DNA of 64,000 nt from a virus, in the IMG/VR virus record IMGVR_UViG_3300009509_000004, positions 1-64,000 of that record; one strand, written 5' to 3'. Position 1 is the stretch's first letter; every line of letters begins with the position of its first letter. The notes under the pieces were generated by a model. That model was not told the origin of the DNA and made no database searches. It saw only the letters and a program-made list of their open reading frames with translations. Of this stretch, positions 1 to 9,255 are shown one piece after another. The translations under genes were made by a program, and so were the position numbers.

Positions 1-286
1 CTGTGAGCTTGATCTTGCGCTTCTTGAGAAACGCCTTCACAAATGGGTGCTCCACAATCGGGTTGGCAGCTGGGTCAAGTGACACAACCATGGCGTTGTT
101 CTGACCAACCCCATAGTGCACTGCCGCCTCGATGTAGTTGGTGCCATCTGTAGGGTCATATTTGTCGTTTGTCCGACACTGCCCGTGGATGTACACCAAT
201 GTGTCTCCAACCTCTGGGGTCCAGAAGTCGCCACCCCTCTGGTGCGACTCATACCCCTTCTTCATCTTGTCCATATTGATGGCCAT
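1..286 (-). CDS. Partial CDS running off the left edge; possible single-stranded DNA-binding protein (gp32-like)
   Basis: Not in the ORF track; translated by hand: MAINMDKMKKGYESHQRGGDFWTPEVGDTLVYIHGQC..., with a GGAGG RBS at 292-296. The FWxP..G N-terminus and the position after the UvsY-like/HU/DnaE genes suggest SSB (inference). Confidence 0.5.
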   Translation of the reverse strand, partial: MAINMDKMKKGYESHQRGGDFWTPEVGDTLVYIHGQCRTNDKYDPTDGTNYIEAAVHYGVGQNNAMVVSLDPAANPIVEHPFVKAFLKKRKIKLT

Positions 287-313
287 GTCAACCTCCGTTC
301 ATTTGTGAGAGTT

Positions 314-853
314 TCAAGCCTTGGCCTTGGCCTTTTTGCCTTTGAAAATGTCCTTCATCGCAGCTTTGTTGGCAGCCCTCTTGCCTTCCAGGTCTGCCTG
401 CCGCCTGGTTTTTGGTTCATCGCCCTTGGTGTGCATGCTGGTTGAATCAAGCTCAGCACGCATCATCGCGCCTTTGCTCTGAAGCATGTTGGCCTTGGTC
501 CTGAAGCTCTCATAGACGGCACGACACAGCGTTGCGTTGCGTATCGCTGTTGCCAAGCCCTGCTTGATCTTCATGAACTTGGGGTCAGCCTCGATCTCCT
601 GCTTGGCTTTCCATTCGGCCAACTTGTCGTTGGTCTCCAACAGCTTCTTGCCAACGTCAGCACGCCACTGGCGATAGTAGGCATCAGCGCTTTCACGCTC
701 GCCCTCTGCCGCCGCCCAAACAGCGCCCCAGTATGCCATCTGGGCTGCTACCTTGTCCATGTCTTCCGACACATCGCCAATCTCCAGGATTTCATCCACG
801 TTGGCGTGAACAGGGTTGCCGTCCACCTTGATTTCTATTTCACCAAAGCCCAT
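314..853 (-). CDS. Helical coiled-coil protein, UvsY-like recombination mediator (tentative)
   Basis: GGAGG-type RBS; all-helical sequence with 'KQEIEADPKF' resembling UvsY; replication context. Confidence 0.4.
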   Translation of the reverse strand: MGFGEIEIKVDGNPVHANVDEILEIGDVSEDMDKVAAQMAYWGAVWAAAEGERESADAYYRQWRADVGKKLLETNDKLAEWKAKQEIEADPKFMKIKQGLATAIRNATLCRAVYESFRTKANMLQSKGAMMRAELDSTSMHTKGDEPKTRRQADLEGKRAANKAAMKDIFKGKKAKAKA

Positions 854-861
854 TGTTCACC

Positions 862-1254
862 TCACCCAGCCTTCTTGGCCTTCTTGCCCTTCTTGGCTGC
901 TGCTTTCTTGTTCCCCTTCTTGGCTGCCGCCGCCTTTTTCTCGCCTTCTGGCACAAACCCGTCGTTGAGCTTGCGCTTTGCTACCAACGACTGGTGGAAG
1001 CGCAACACCAGTTGGTCACCAAATGTGATCTCTCCATCCTCCAGAAGCGGTGACTTCAATGTGCGCCCCTTGTAGACACGCGCCTTGAACGTGCCAAAAT
1101 TCTTGATGCGCACAGTTTCACCGTTGCGGCAATGCTCGATGATCTTGTCAAAGAAGTCTTCAACGACCTCTGTGGTGTCGATCCTGATGCCGTGCTCATC
1201 ATCTCTGAGCGGGTTGAGTCCAGCTTCCTTTGCGATGTCGTGCAAACCTGCCAT
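862..1254 (-). CDS. HU/IHF-family DNA-binding protein with a Lys/Ala-rich tail
   Basis: 'GETVRIKNFGTFKARVYKGRTLKSP...LRFHQS' HU signature; C-terminal AAKK repeats. Confidence 0.85.
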   Translation of the reverse strand: MAGLHDIAKEAGLNPLRDDEHGIRIDTTEVVEDFFDKIIEHCRNGETVRIKNFGTFKARVYKGRTLKSPLLEDGEITFGDQLVLRFHQSLVAKRKLNDGFVPEGEKKAAAAKKGNKKAAAKKGKKAKKAG

Positions 1255-1291
1255 AACAAACCTCCTGTGGTTTTTGTCTGCTTGCTTTCTT

Positions 1292-4200
1292 CTATGCAGA
1301 CTTCACAATTGCGGCTGATTTTTTGTACCAATGTATCTTGCCGCCGTTGAAAAAATACTGCCACTTTGCTTTGTTTCTATTGTCTTTTTGCCTATCTAAC
1401 TCAATCAGCAGCAATCTCCCTGCCTTGATCACCTCCCTGACCTTCTTGGTCCAATTTGAAGCAAAGCAGATGCAATCCACATAATTGTTCGCCGCATCTA
1501 CCATGCCAAAGAACGCCATCTGATGATCGTTCTTGTCGTATTTGAGCATGACGTTGGTCACGACGCCTGTGAACCTGGCAGACTTCATGCCAAAGAACTT
1601 TGTGTTGTTCATCCTCTGATCGGCCACCTCTGCAGCCGTTGATTTGCTCGTTGCTTGCCAGCTCCTGGCCGCTGGGTGCTTGCCTGCCACCAATTTCTCC
1701 CACGTGGTCAGCTCGCCCTTTTCCTCCACCTTCTTGCGATAGGATTCAAGATTCACAGCAAAGTGCGCCTTCAAATTCTCAAAATGCTTGTTTGGCCTCA
1801 CATGCACTATGACTGGGGTGCCCACGCCCGCGTCAACGATCTCTCGCATGTCGTCAAAGATGTCGATGTCAAACTTGATGCGATTCTGTTTCCCACCAGC
1901 ATCCTCAACGTTGACGTTTGCATACCTCCTGCCCCAAAACATCTTGGCCCTATCTGCCTCAGTCGGCAAATCGCCCGTCCAAAAGTCCCCAATCTGATTG
2001 TATTTGACCTCAACGATGACCCCAGCGATGTACACGCCCTTGTCGTGGTTTTCCTCCCAGAAATTCTCATCAGACATGGCGACTATGGGCACCTTGACGT
2101 TCTTGGACATGAAGTCCTCATATGCGTCAATCGGGTGCCGCCCAAACGCCAATGGATTGACCTGCGATGCGATCAGTTGCCTCTCTTCAGGCGCATAGTC
2201 TGGCTCGCTGGCTGACTCAGCCAACATCTCCTTGGCCTTCTCAACAGATCTCTTGCTGTTCAGTTTCTTCCAAAAGTCATCCAGGTTGTCGATGAACCAC
2301 TTGACATTTGGCAACAGTTCATCGAGTGCGCCCGCCCTTGCTAGTGCCGCCACGACGCCCCTGTGAACCTTGCGCCTCTCAACCTTCTCAAAGAAGTCAA
2401 AGATGTCATCAAACGGCTGCTTTGCCATGATCTCTGCTGCTGCATTCTCGCCCACACCTTTGATGTCAACCAGGCTGCCTCGGATCGCCTTGTGCTTGGG
2501 GTCAATGGCAAATTCCTTCTTGCTCACCGACACATCTGGGGGCAACAACTCAATGTCGTGCTTCTTTGCATCCTTGGCAAACTGCTGGATGCGCAAACGT
2601 GTTGGCTCATTCTTGAGCAGCCCCCAATAGAATTCAATTGGGTAGTATGTCTTGAGCCACATCCCCCAGTATGCAATGATGCCATATGCAGTGGCGTGGC
2701 TCTTGTTGAAGCCATACGACCCAAAGAATGTGATGGCGTCCATCAGCTTGCCAGCTGTCTTTTCGTCCATCCCGATGGTTTTCTTGGCACCCTCAATGAA
2801 ATTCTTGCGCTCTTTGCCAATGGTCTCATCGCCCCATTTCTTGGCAATCTTCTTGCGCAGCGAGTCTGCTGTTGCAGGGGCAAAGCCTGCGATCTCTGTG
2901 AAGATGCGCAGCACGTGTTCCTGATACACGATGATGCCGAGTGTGTCAGCTGTGATCTCGCTGACCTTGGGGTGCAAATAGCCCTCCTTGCGCTTCTTGG
3001 GATCTTTCTTGCGTGCGACATATTGGGTGGCCAGACCGCTGCGCGCCGTCCCTGGCCTGTTCAACGCCGTCATTGCCGCGATGTCTTCAAAATGCTCAAA
3101 CTTGACGCCTGAGCAAATCTTGTCAGCCCCTGGCGAGTCATACTGGAAGATGCCCACATAGTCGTGGTCTGTGAAGCCCTGCAGCACCTTCTTGTCGTTG
3201 AGATCAACGTGCTCAAGGTCAACCTCGACCCCGTGCCGATCCTTGATCGCCCTCACGGCATCCTTCAGCACTGTGAGTGTGCGCAGACCCAGAACATCCA
3301 ACTTGAGCAACCCGTGAGCTTGGACACCGTACATGTCAACAGCCGACACGACAACATCCCTGCCGTCGTGTTTGCGCACCTCCAATGGCGTGATCTGTTC
3401 CAGCGGGGTTGGGCTTGTGACAACGCCTGCCGCGTGAATGCCCAGGTTCTTTGCCATCCCTTCCAGCTTTGCGGCATACTTCAGCACGTCAGGATATTTC
3501 TTGTCAAACTCCCGACACACCTTGAATTCCTTGAAACTGTCTGTGATGGTCATGCTGGCCCGCTCGTCACCACTTGATCTCTCGATGATGCTGTTGGTGA
3601 CCGCGTTGACTTCTGCATATGGAACTTTGAGCACCCGTGAAACGTCCTTGAGGCACTGCTTCCCTGACAGCTTACCAACGGTGGCGATCTGACACACTTT
3701 GTCCTCGCCATACTTCTCACGCAAATGCTCGATGATTTCCTGTCGCCTCACGTCTTCAAAATCCATATCAATGTCAGGCATGTCGATGCGGCTTGGGCTG
3801 ATGAACCTCTCGAACAACAACCCGTGCTCAATCGGATCCACTGACGTGATGCCAAGTAGGTATGACACAATGGAGCCTGCCGCTGAACCTCGACCTGGGC
3901 CGCACATGATGTCTTGTTTGCGCACCCAATTGTACAAGTCTCGCACCAACAAGAAGTAGCCCACAAACTTCTGGTGCTGTATCGCCTTCAACTCGCTCTT
4001 GAGCCTTGATTTGTAGATGTCCAGCGCCTCGCCCTCGCTGATTCCCTGCCTCTTTGCATGCACCTTGGCCCGATCTGGGATGTTGCGCCAGCTCCACCCG
4101 TGGATGCACAACGCTCTGATGTATGCAAAGTCATCTGTGTATTCTTCAGGGATCTCGATTGGCGGCATCAAGCACGCAAACCTGTCAATCTCAATGATCT

Positions 4201-5146
4201 TGTTGTCAACCCGCTCCGTGAATGCCAGCGTGTTGTTCAGCGCCTCCTTGATCAGCCCCTTCCCCATGTAGCTGTGATATTTCATGAAATCATGAAACAT
4301 TTCTGCTCTGCTTTTGAGCCACAACTGGCCGTCGCCAAACTTGAACCGATCTGGGTTGCTCAGGTGGTCGTTGGTGCCGATGCACAACAGCGCCTCGTGC
4401 GCTTCCCAATCGCTGTGTTCCACATAGTGCGCATCTTGCGTAGCCAGGAGCCTGACCTTGTTTTCCCATCTGCTCATCAGCTCGATGGCAAACTTGTTGG
4501 TCATCGCCTGCTCTTTGAGATTGTGAGGCATCACCTCCAACCAAAGATCCTCCCCAAACGCCTCATACAGCTTGTCTGCTTCTGCCATCGCCCGCTTGCG
4601 CTTGCCGATGGTGATATGGTCCATGACGATGCTGGACAGGCACCCTGTGGCGACCATCAACCCCTCTTTGTGCTTGATCAGCTCGTCAACATCGATGCGT
4701 GGCTTGTAGTAGAATCCCTCAAGCCACCCCTTTGACGACAGCTTGAATAGGTTTTCAAGCCCCGCCTTGTTCTTTGCCCAGACTGTGATGTGGTATCTAT
4801 CCCTGATGCCATGTCTGTCTTCATACTCCCTGATGGCATCCTTCCACTCTGTGCGCTTCAGCCCCTTGGTGATGTCTGCCTTCTCTTCAGGAGTCAGCCC
4901 CTTGCGATGCATGTCGTTTGCGACATAGAACTCAATGCCGTACACAGGCTTGATCTCGTGCGTTTGGCACTCCAACAGCTGTTGATAATATGCACGCATG
5001 GTGCCGTGCTCTGTGAGCGCAATTGCTGGGTGGCCCATCTCTTTGGCCTTCTTCACATACGCATCGATCTTGCCACAACCGTCCAGCTGGCTCATGTCGC
5101 TGTGAACGTGCAAGTGCACCATATCTTGTTTGGGTTTCTTGGCCAT
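1292..5146 (-). CDS. dnaE: DNA polymerase III alpha subunit (family C)
   Basis: PHP domain HLHVHS..LDG, GPGRGSAAGS, catalytic PDIDMDF, GIHAAGVV, LLKLDVLGL, YGFNKSHATAY; no intein seen. Confidence 0.97.
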   Translation of the reverse strand: MAKKPKQDMVHLHVHSDMSQLDGCGKIDAYVKKAKEMGHPAIALTEHGTMRAYYQQLLECQTHEIKPVYGIEFYVANDMHRKGLTPEEKADITKGLKRTEWKDAIREYEDRHGIRDRYHITVWAKNKAGLENLFKLSSKGWLEGFYYKPRIDVDELIKHKEGLMVATGCLSSIVMDHITIGKRKRAMAEADKLYEAFGEDLWLEVMPHNLKEQAMTNKFAIELMSRWENKVRLLATQDAHYVEHSDWEAHEALLCIGTNDHLSNPDRFKFGDGQLWLKSRAEMFHDFMKYHSYMGKGLIKEALNNTLAFTERVDNKIIEIDRFACLMPPIEIPEEYTDDFAYIRALCIHGWSWRNIPDRAKVHAKRQGISEGEALDIYKSRLKSELKAIQHQKFVGYFLLVRDLYNWVRKQDIMCGPGRGSAAGSIVSYLLGITSVDPIEHGLLFERFISPSRIDMPDIDMDFEDVRRQEIIEHLREKYGEDKVCQIATVGKLSGKQCLKDVSRVLKVPYAEVNAVTNSIIERSSGDERASMTITDSFKEFKVCREFDKKYPDVLKYAAKLEGMAKNLGIHAAGVVTSPTPLEQITPLEVRKHDGRDVVVSAVDMYGVQAHGLLKLDVLGLRTLTVLKDAVRAIKDRHGVEVDLEHVDLNDKKVLQGFTDHDYVGIFQYDSPGADKICSGVKFEHFEDIAAMTALNRPGTARSGLATQYVARKKDPKKRKEGYLHPKVSEITADTLGIIVYQEHVLRIFTEIAGFAPATADSLRKKIAKKWGDETIGKERKNFIEGAKKTIGMDEKTAGKLMDAITFFGSYGFNKSHATAYGIIAYWGMWLKTYYPIEFYWGLLKNEPTRLRIQQFAKDAKKHDIELLPPDVSVSKKEFAIDPKHKAIRGSLVDIKGVGENAAAEIMAKQPFDDIFDFFEKVERRKVHRGVVAALARAGALDELLPNVKWFIDNLDDFWKKLNSKRSVEKAKEMLAESASEPDYAPEERQLIASQVNPLAFGRHPIDAYEDFMSKNVKVPIVAMSDENFWEENHDKGVYIAGVIVEVKYNQIGDFWTGDLPTEADRAKMFWGRRYANVNVEDAGGKQNRIKFDIDIFDDMREIVDAGVGTPVIVHVRPNKHFENLKAHFAVNLESYRKKVEEKGELTTWEKLVAGKHPAARSWQATSKSTAAEVADQRMNNTKFFGMKSARFTGVVTNVMLKYDKNDHQMAFFGMVDAANNYVDCICFASNWTKKVREVIKAGRLLLIELDRQKDNRNKAKWQYFFNGGKIHWYKKSAAIVKSA

Positions 5147-5147
5147 G

Positions 5148-5627
5148 CTATCGCCTTCTGAACTTGTTTGTTCGCCTCAGCTGGTATTCACAGATGTTCT
5201 TCAACTCCTTGGGGAAGTCCTCACTGATGATCCAGCTCAAGTATCCTCTGTCAACCTCGGCAATATGCGACAGGTTGTTGCCGTCGTGCTTGCCAAAGTG
5301 CAACAATGCATCCCTTCCATCTGCGCTCACAACATATCTGCCGCCCTTGTGTCTGCCTTCCTTCTTGGCTTTGGCCTTGGCAGCCATGTTGTCAGCCCAG
5401 TTGCCTTTTGAATGCCTTGGGATCCAGCCGTGCCCCTCGCAAGCAACACAGATGTCTCCTGACCAATCGCCCGTTCCTTGACACCGCGCACACTGCTTTG
5501 CTGGCATGTTGAACGGGTTTTGCTTTGCCTCCCTGATCGGTTCAAGCGACCAACTGCCCTCCCTTTCCGGCAGCCCATCGACATCGTGGCCTTGAAGCCA
5601 CTTCCTCATTTCCTCAATGCTTGGCAC
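5148..5627 (-). CDS. Small protein with a DnaJ-like Zn finger and a C-terminal 'FGKH' (exonuclease X C-terminal-like) domain
   Basis: CxxCxGxG..CxxCxGxG motif; LHFGKHDG..LSHI..DRGYLSWI. Confidence 0.6.
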   Translation of the reverse strand: MPSIEEMRKWLQGHDVDGLPEREGSWSLEPIREAKQNPFNMPAKQCARCQGTGDWSGDICVACEGHGWIPRHSKGNWADNMAAKAKAKKEGRHKGGRYVVSADGRDALLHFGKHDGNNLSHIAEVDRGYLSWIISEDFPKELKNICEYQLRRTNKFRRR

Positions 5628-6225
5628 CGTTCAACTCTGGCACAACCAGATTGACAACACTCCTGACGCCATCCTCGATCTCGACATCACCCGTGTTGAT
5701 CTGGCGCTTGGTCAGCGTGACTGCCTGAAACATCTTCTTGTACCACGTGTCCAAAAGCGTGTACTGCTTCTTGTTTGGGCACCACCTCCCATAACACCTG
5801 CCCTGTGCTATGTGATATGGCGCTTTCAACCAGATGTACACGATTGGCCCGTTGCCTCGTTGGATGAGAGACAGCCAGAACTCCATCAATCTGCGTGCGA
5901 CGTACCGTTGCCCATACCATCCGTCATCATGGTTGTGTAACACACCATAGGCGACAGCAGACGGCACAGCACGATCCAAGATGGCGCTCACCTGGAATGT
6001 GGCCAAGAAGTCTGCTGCGTACAGATCGTCAACGTGCGTGTTGACCGGCACCTTCAACTCATCCCTGAGCATCTGGAACCGTTCTTGGCCCTTGTATCCC
6101 CAATGCAACTCCGTGTCGCCGTCCCTGAATGGCCTGACAATGGGCAATCCACCTAGCTGGTCTGATAATGCCTTTGCGTAGGTGGATTTGCCCACGCCAT
6201 TTGAGCCTTCAAGGATGATGATCAT
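5614..6225 (-). CDS. Deoxynucleoside monophosphate kinase (thymidylate kinase-like)
   Basis: IIILEGSNGVGKST P-loop; ILDR..PSAVAYG motif. Confidence 0.85.
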   Translation of the reverse strand: MIIILEGSNGVGKSTYAKALSDQLGGLPIVRPFRDGDTELHWGYKGQERFQMLRDELKVPVNTHVDDLYAADFLATFQVSAILDRAVPSAVAYGVLHNHDDGWYGQRYVARRLMEFWLSLIQRGNGPIVYIWLKAPYHIAQGRCYGRWCPNKKQYTLLDTWYKKMFQAVTLTKRQINTGDVEIEDGVRSVVNLVVPELNGAKH

Positions 6226-7526
6226 GTCGTTGCCAAAGTCCTGTGCGTCACCTCCAGGATCTGCAATGCAGCCTGGACCTCTGCCTCTGACACATTCAGA
6301 GGTGGCGTGAATCGGATCGGCCCATACTGCCGGTGCGTGGCCAAGGACAAGCCCAAGCGCCTCGCCTCGTGGATGAACCTGAACCCATCATAACCAAACT
6401 GCTCAAAATCTGGTGTGAACGCATTGAGCATCCCTGACCCGTCATGCTCTTTGACCCAGCTCATCTCAGCGAATGACGCCCTGATCATCGCCCCCTTCTT
6501 GCGCACCAACTCGATGTTCTTGTCCAACCACCTGTACATCTCAACTGCCATGTGACACACAAACGGTGAGCCTCCAAATGTGTTGAAGTGGACGCCTGGC
6601 GTGAACGCCTCTGCGACCTTGACCGATGCGAGCATCACGCTCATTGGGAATCCCATTGCGATGCCCTTGGCCAATGTCATGATGTCAGGCTTCACCTGGA
6701 TGTCTGGGTGTTGCCACGTTGCGAAGTATCCTGCGCGCCCCGACCCAGCCTGCACATCGTCATAGATGAGCAGCACGCCGTGTTCATCCCTGATGCGTTT
6801 CAACTCCTGCCAGAATGCCGGTTTGTATGTTTGGACAACGTTGTTGCCAAGCACTGGAGCAAGGATGATTGCTGCCACTTGATCCCAATTTGGTTCGCTT
6901 GGTTTGTGCTCGACTCCATCTGTGACAGTCTGTTTGAAATAGACCTTGCTGAAGTCTGCTTCCCAATCCAACACGCCAAACCCCTGCGACCCTGGGCCAA
7001 ATCCATGGCGGTGATATGGACTGACTCTGAAGTCTCCAGCCGCCATGCTGTTGGCCGTCCTGCCGTGGAAGTTGCCCTTGATGGTCAAGACCACGTGCCG
7101 CTTTGCCGTGTTCAGGATCTCCCCCTGCTCCTTGTCCCACCAATACTTGCGTGCCAGCTTGATTGCCGACTCGTTTGCCTCAGTGCCGCTGTTGGCAAAG
7201 AATGCGTGATCCATGCCTGTGCGGTCGCAAATGATCTCTGCAGCATCCCATCGCCGTTGGTTGGGATAGATGTCTGGCAACTGATGCGGGTGGCCACTCC
7301 CAAAGAACTTCATGACAGCCTGGATGACCTCTGGCGTGTTGTAGCCCAGCGAGCACACACCTTCATCTCCCCAATAGTCAAGAAGCGCTTTGTCATCGTG
7401 CTCTACATCAATGATGGTTGAGCCTTGACACGGCCCAATTGTCATGGGCATCCGCACAACATTGTTCATCAACCGCCTGTTGTACAACTCTGTGTTGACG
7501 GTTTTGTCTTCATTCGGGTTGGTCAT
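6222..7526 (-). CDS. Class III PLP-dependent aminotransferase (ArgD/GabT-like fold)
   Basis: FFANSGTEANESAIKLAR, FHGRT, YDDVQAGSGRAG, PDIMTLAKG (PLP lysine), HFNTFGGSP. Confidence 0.92.
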   Translation of the reverse strand: MTNPNEDKTVNTELYNRRLMNNVVRMPMTIGPCQGSTIIDVEHDDKALLDYWGDEGVCSLGYNTPEVIQAVMKFFGSGHPHQLPDIYPNQRRWDAAEIICDRTGMDHAFFANSGTEANESAIKLARKYWWDKEQGEILNTAKRHVVLTIKGNFHGRTANSMAAGDFRVSPYHRHGFGPGSQGFGVLDWEADFSKVYFKQTVTDGVEHKPSEPNWDQVAAIILAPVLGNNVVQTYKPAFWQELKRIRDEHGVLLIYDDVQAGSGRAGYFATWQHPDIQVKPDIMTLAKGIAMGFPMSVMLASVKVAEAFTPGVHFNTFGGSPFVCHMAVEMYRWLDKNIELVRKKGAMIRASFAEMSWVKEHDGSGMLNAFTPDFEQFGYDGFRFIHEARRLGLSLATHRQYGPIRFTPPLNVSEAEVQAALQILEVTHRTLATT

Positions 7527-8485
7527 CGCTTCAGCTCTCCTGTGTAGGGATCTCGACCCCAGAAGCGCCGATATTGCTCAGCGCGTTTGATCATTTCATC
7601 CTTGCGTGGCACATCCACGTGCGGCAACTGCAGCGGCAACATCCCACGTGCCGACTCGTCAACGTGATGGAAATTGAGGTGCAGCGGGCAAGGTGGAAGT
7701 GCGTCATCACCTGTCAAGCGCCGCCTGCACTCTTCCATGTAGATACACCCGCCAAACTTGTTTCCTTTCAGGCATGGCGGTGAGACCAGCTCTCTGAAGA
7801 TCGGGTGGATCTTCTCTGCTGCCTCGTTGATCATCCCCTCGATGATTGGCCCCCAAATGCCCAGCTGAAGAATCCAGCACCCACGCTTCCCAACAATATG
7901 GGCAAGGCTGCCGATGTTCAACCGCCAGCTGATTCTGTGTTGAGCGCCCAACGGTATGAGCTCACGCGCATCCTCCATTGGCACCCCTGCCGCCACCAGC
8001 TCGTTGTATGCCGACTCGATCACCTTCATCGTGTCGTGAAACAAGCTCTCTTTGCCCAGCTCGACAACCGTGGGTGGCAACCGATACTGCTTGTTGGTTG
8101 CATAATGGCCCATGTCCTGGATGCGCATCGACTGCGACCACCAACTGCTGTCTGCCAAATCAGGGATCTTGTCCACAACGATGTCCGACCCCAACCGCTC
8201 TGGGCTGGGTGTGACTCCGATGCGGTGACGCACAGCCTGCTCTCTCCAGCTGACTGAAACGTTCTCCATCATGTAGACCAGATCCACGTGTTCGCCAACT
8301 GGAATACGTTGAGCAATGACCGCCCTGAACAGCTCTTCAACCTCTTCATGCGGCACCTGCTCTTTGATTTCCTCTGGTGTGCGCAGCTTGTCCTCAGTCT
8401 TGGACGCCTCCCAGACGCTGTACACAGTCTCCAGCGGATCTTTCGTCCACGTCAACAATGTTACTTTTGGTGTTGGGTTGCTCAT
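7523..8485 (-). CDS. thyX: ThyX-like flavin-dependent thymidylate synthase homologue
   Basis: EH..(V)S..EQAVRHR...SQSMR, GVPMEDARELIP, NIGSLAHIVGKRGC. ATG at 8485 follows GGAGGA. Confidence 0.8.
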   Translation of the reverse strand: MSNPTPKVTLLTWTKDPLETVYSVWEASKTEDKLRTPEEIKEQVPHEEVEELFRAVIAQRIPVGEHVDLVYMMENVSVSWREQAVRHRIGVTPSPERLGSDIVVDKIPDLADSSWWSQSMRIQDMGHYATNKQYRLPPTVVELGKESLFHDTMKVIESAYNELVAAGVPMEDARELIPLGAQHRISWRLNIGSLAHIVGKRGCWILQLGIWGPIIEGMINEAAEKIHPIFRELVSPPCLKGNKFGGCIYMEECRRRLTGDDALPPCPLHLNFHHVDESARGMLPLQLPHVDVPRKDEMIKRAEQYRRFWGRDPYTGELKR

Positions 8486-8487
8486 CT

Positions 8488-9255
8488 TCAATCCTCCTTG
8501 AATGTCCTGATCACCTTGACAGGCACCTTGTCTTTCACCTCTTCAATTTCAAATCCGCCCCGCTCTGCGCCCTTCTTGAGCAGGAACATTGAAGACATGC
8601 GGTGCCAGATGACAACCGCAACAGTGCCAAAATCATACTTCTGCTTGTAGTGCAGGGCCACTGCCCTGAAATAGTCATACCAGTCATCAACGTCCATGCT
8701 GATTGATTCTGCGTATGACTCCCTGTTCTTCTTGAATCTTGCCAAACCAAACACCGCGCTGTCTGTCAGCGTCACCCACTCCCTGGACGCCCTGAAAATT
8801 GAGCTGACAGCATCTGAGTAGCGTGTTTCAGTCAGGTATCGGTTGAACGTGAGTTGATTGAAATCTGCATGCACCCAATCCCAAGACTTCTTTGCTTGCT
8901 TGGCGATGTATGCATATGAGTCAGCCTGCTTTGCCCTCACCATGGGCAGCGATCTCGTGATCGACTCGATGCAATCCTTGTTGACATCGAGCGCCAAGTG
9001 GCTCATCGGTTTGCACGCATCCTGAATCATGGAAGCGTGCCAACCTGACCCGCCAAACAACTCAATGACTGACTCGACCTTGCCCACCTTCTCAACAACC
9101 TTCTTGAATGCGGCAAGCTCTGCGTGAATCTCTTGACGCCTGATTGCATAATGGGCGTGCGGTGCATCCTTGCCGATCATCGCCCTTTCATCATCACTGG
9201 ATGAGTCACAGACGTACATCTGCTTGCTGCCAACTCTGACCTCTGTGATATTCAT
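8488..9255 (-). CDS. Class I SAM-dependent methyltransferase-fold protein
   Basis: VIELFGGSG (motif I), ALDVN (motif II), WDWVHADFN. ATG at 9255 forms an ATGA overlap with the upstream stop. Confidence 0.7.
   Translation of the reverse strand: MNITEVRVGSKQMYVCDSSSDDERAMIGKDAPHAHYAIRRQEIHAELAAFKKVVEKVGKVESVIELFGGSGWHASMIQDACKPMSHLALDVNKDCIESITRSLPMVRAKQADSYAYIAKQAKKSWDWVHADFNQLTFNRYLTETRYSDAVSSIFRASREWVTLTDSAVFGLARFKKNRESYAESISMDVDDWYDYFRAVALHYKQKYDFGTVAVVIWHRMSSMFLLKKGAERGGFEIEEVKDKVPVKVIRTFKED

Noticed and set aside
1292-5146. Possible intein or intron in the long DnaE
   Set aside because: The polymerase motifs are contiguous and no intein splice motifs were seen; the extra length comes from a PHP insert and the C-terminal domain.
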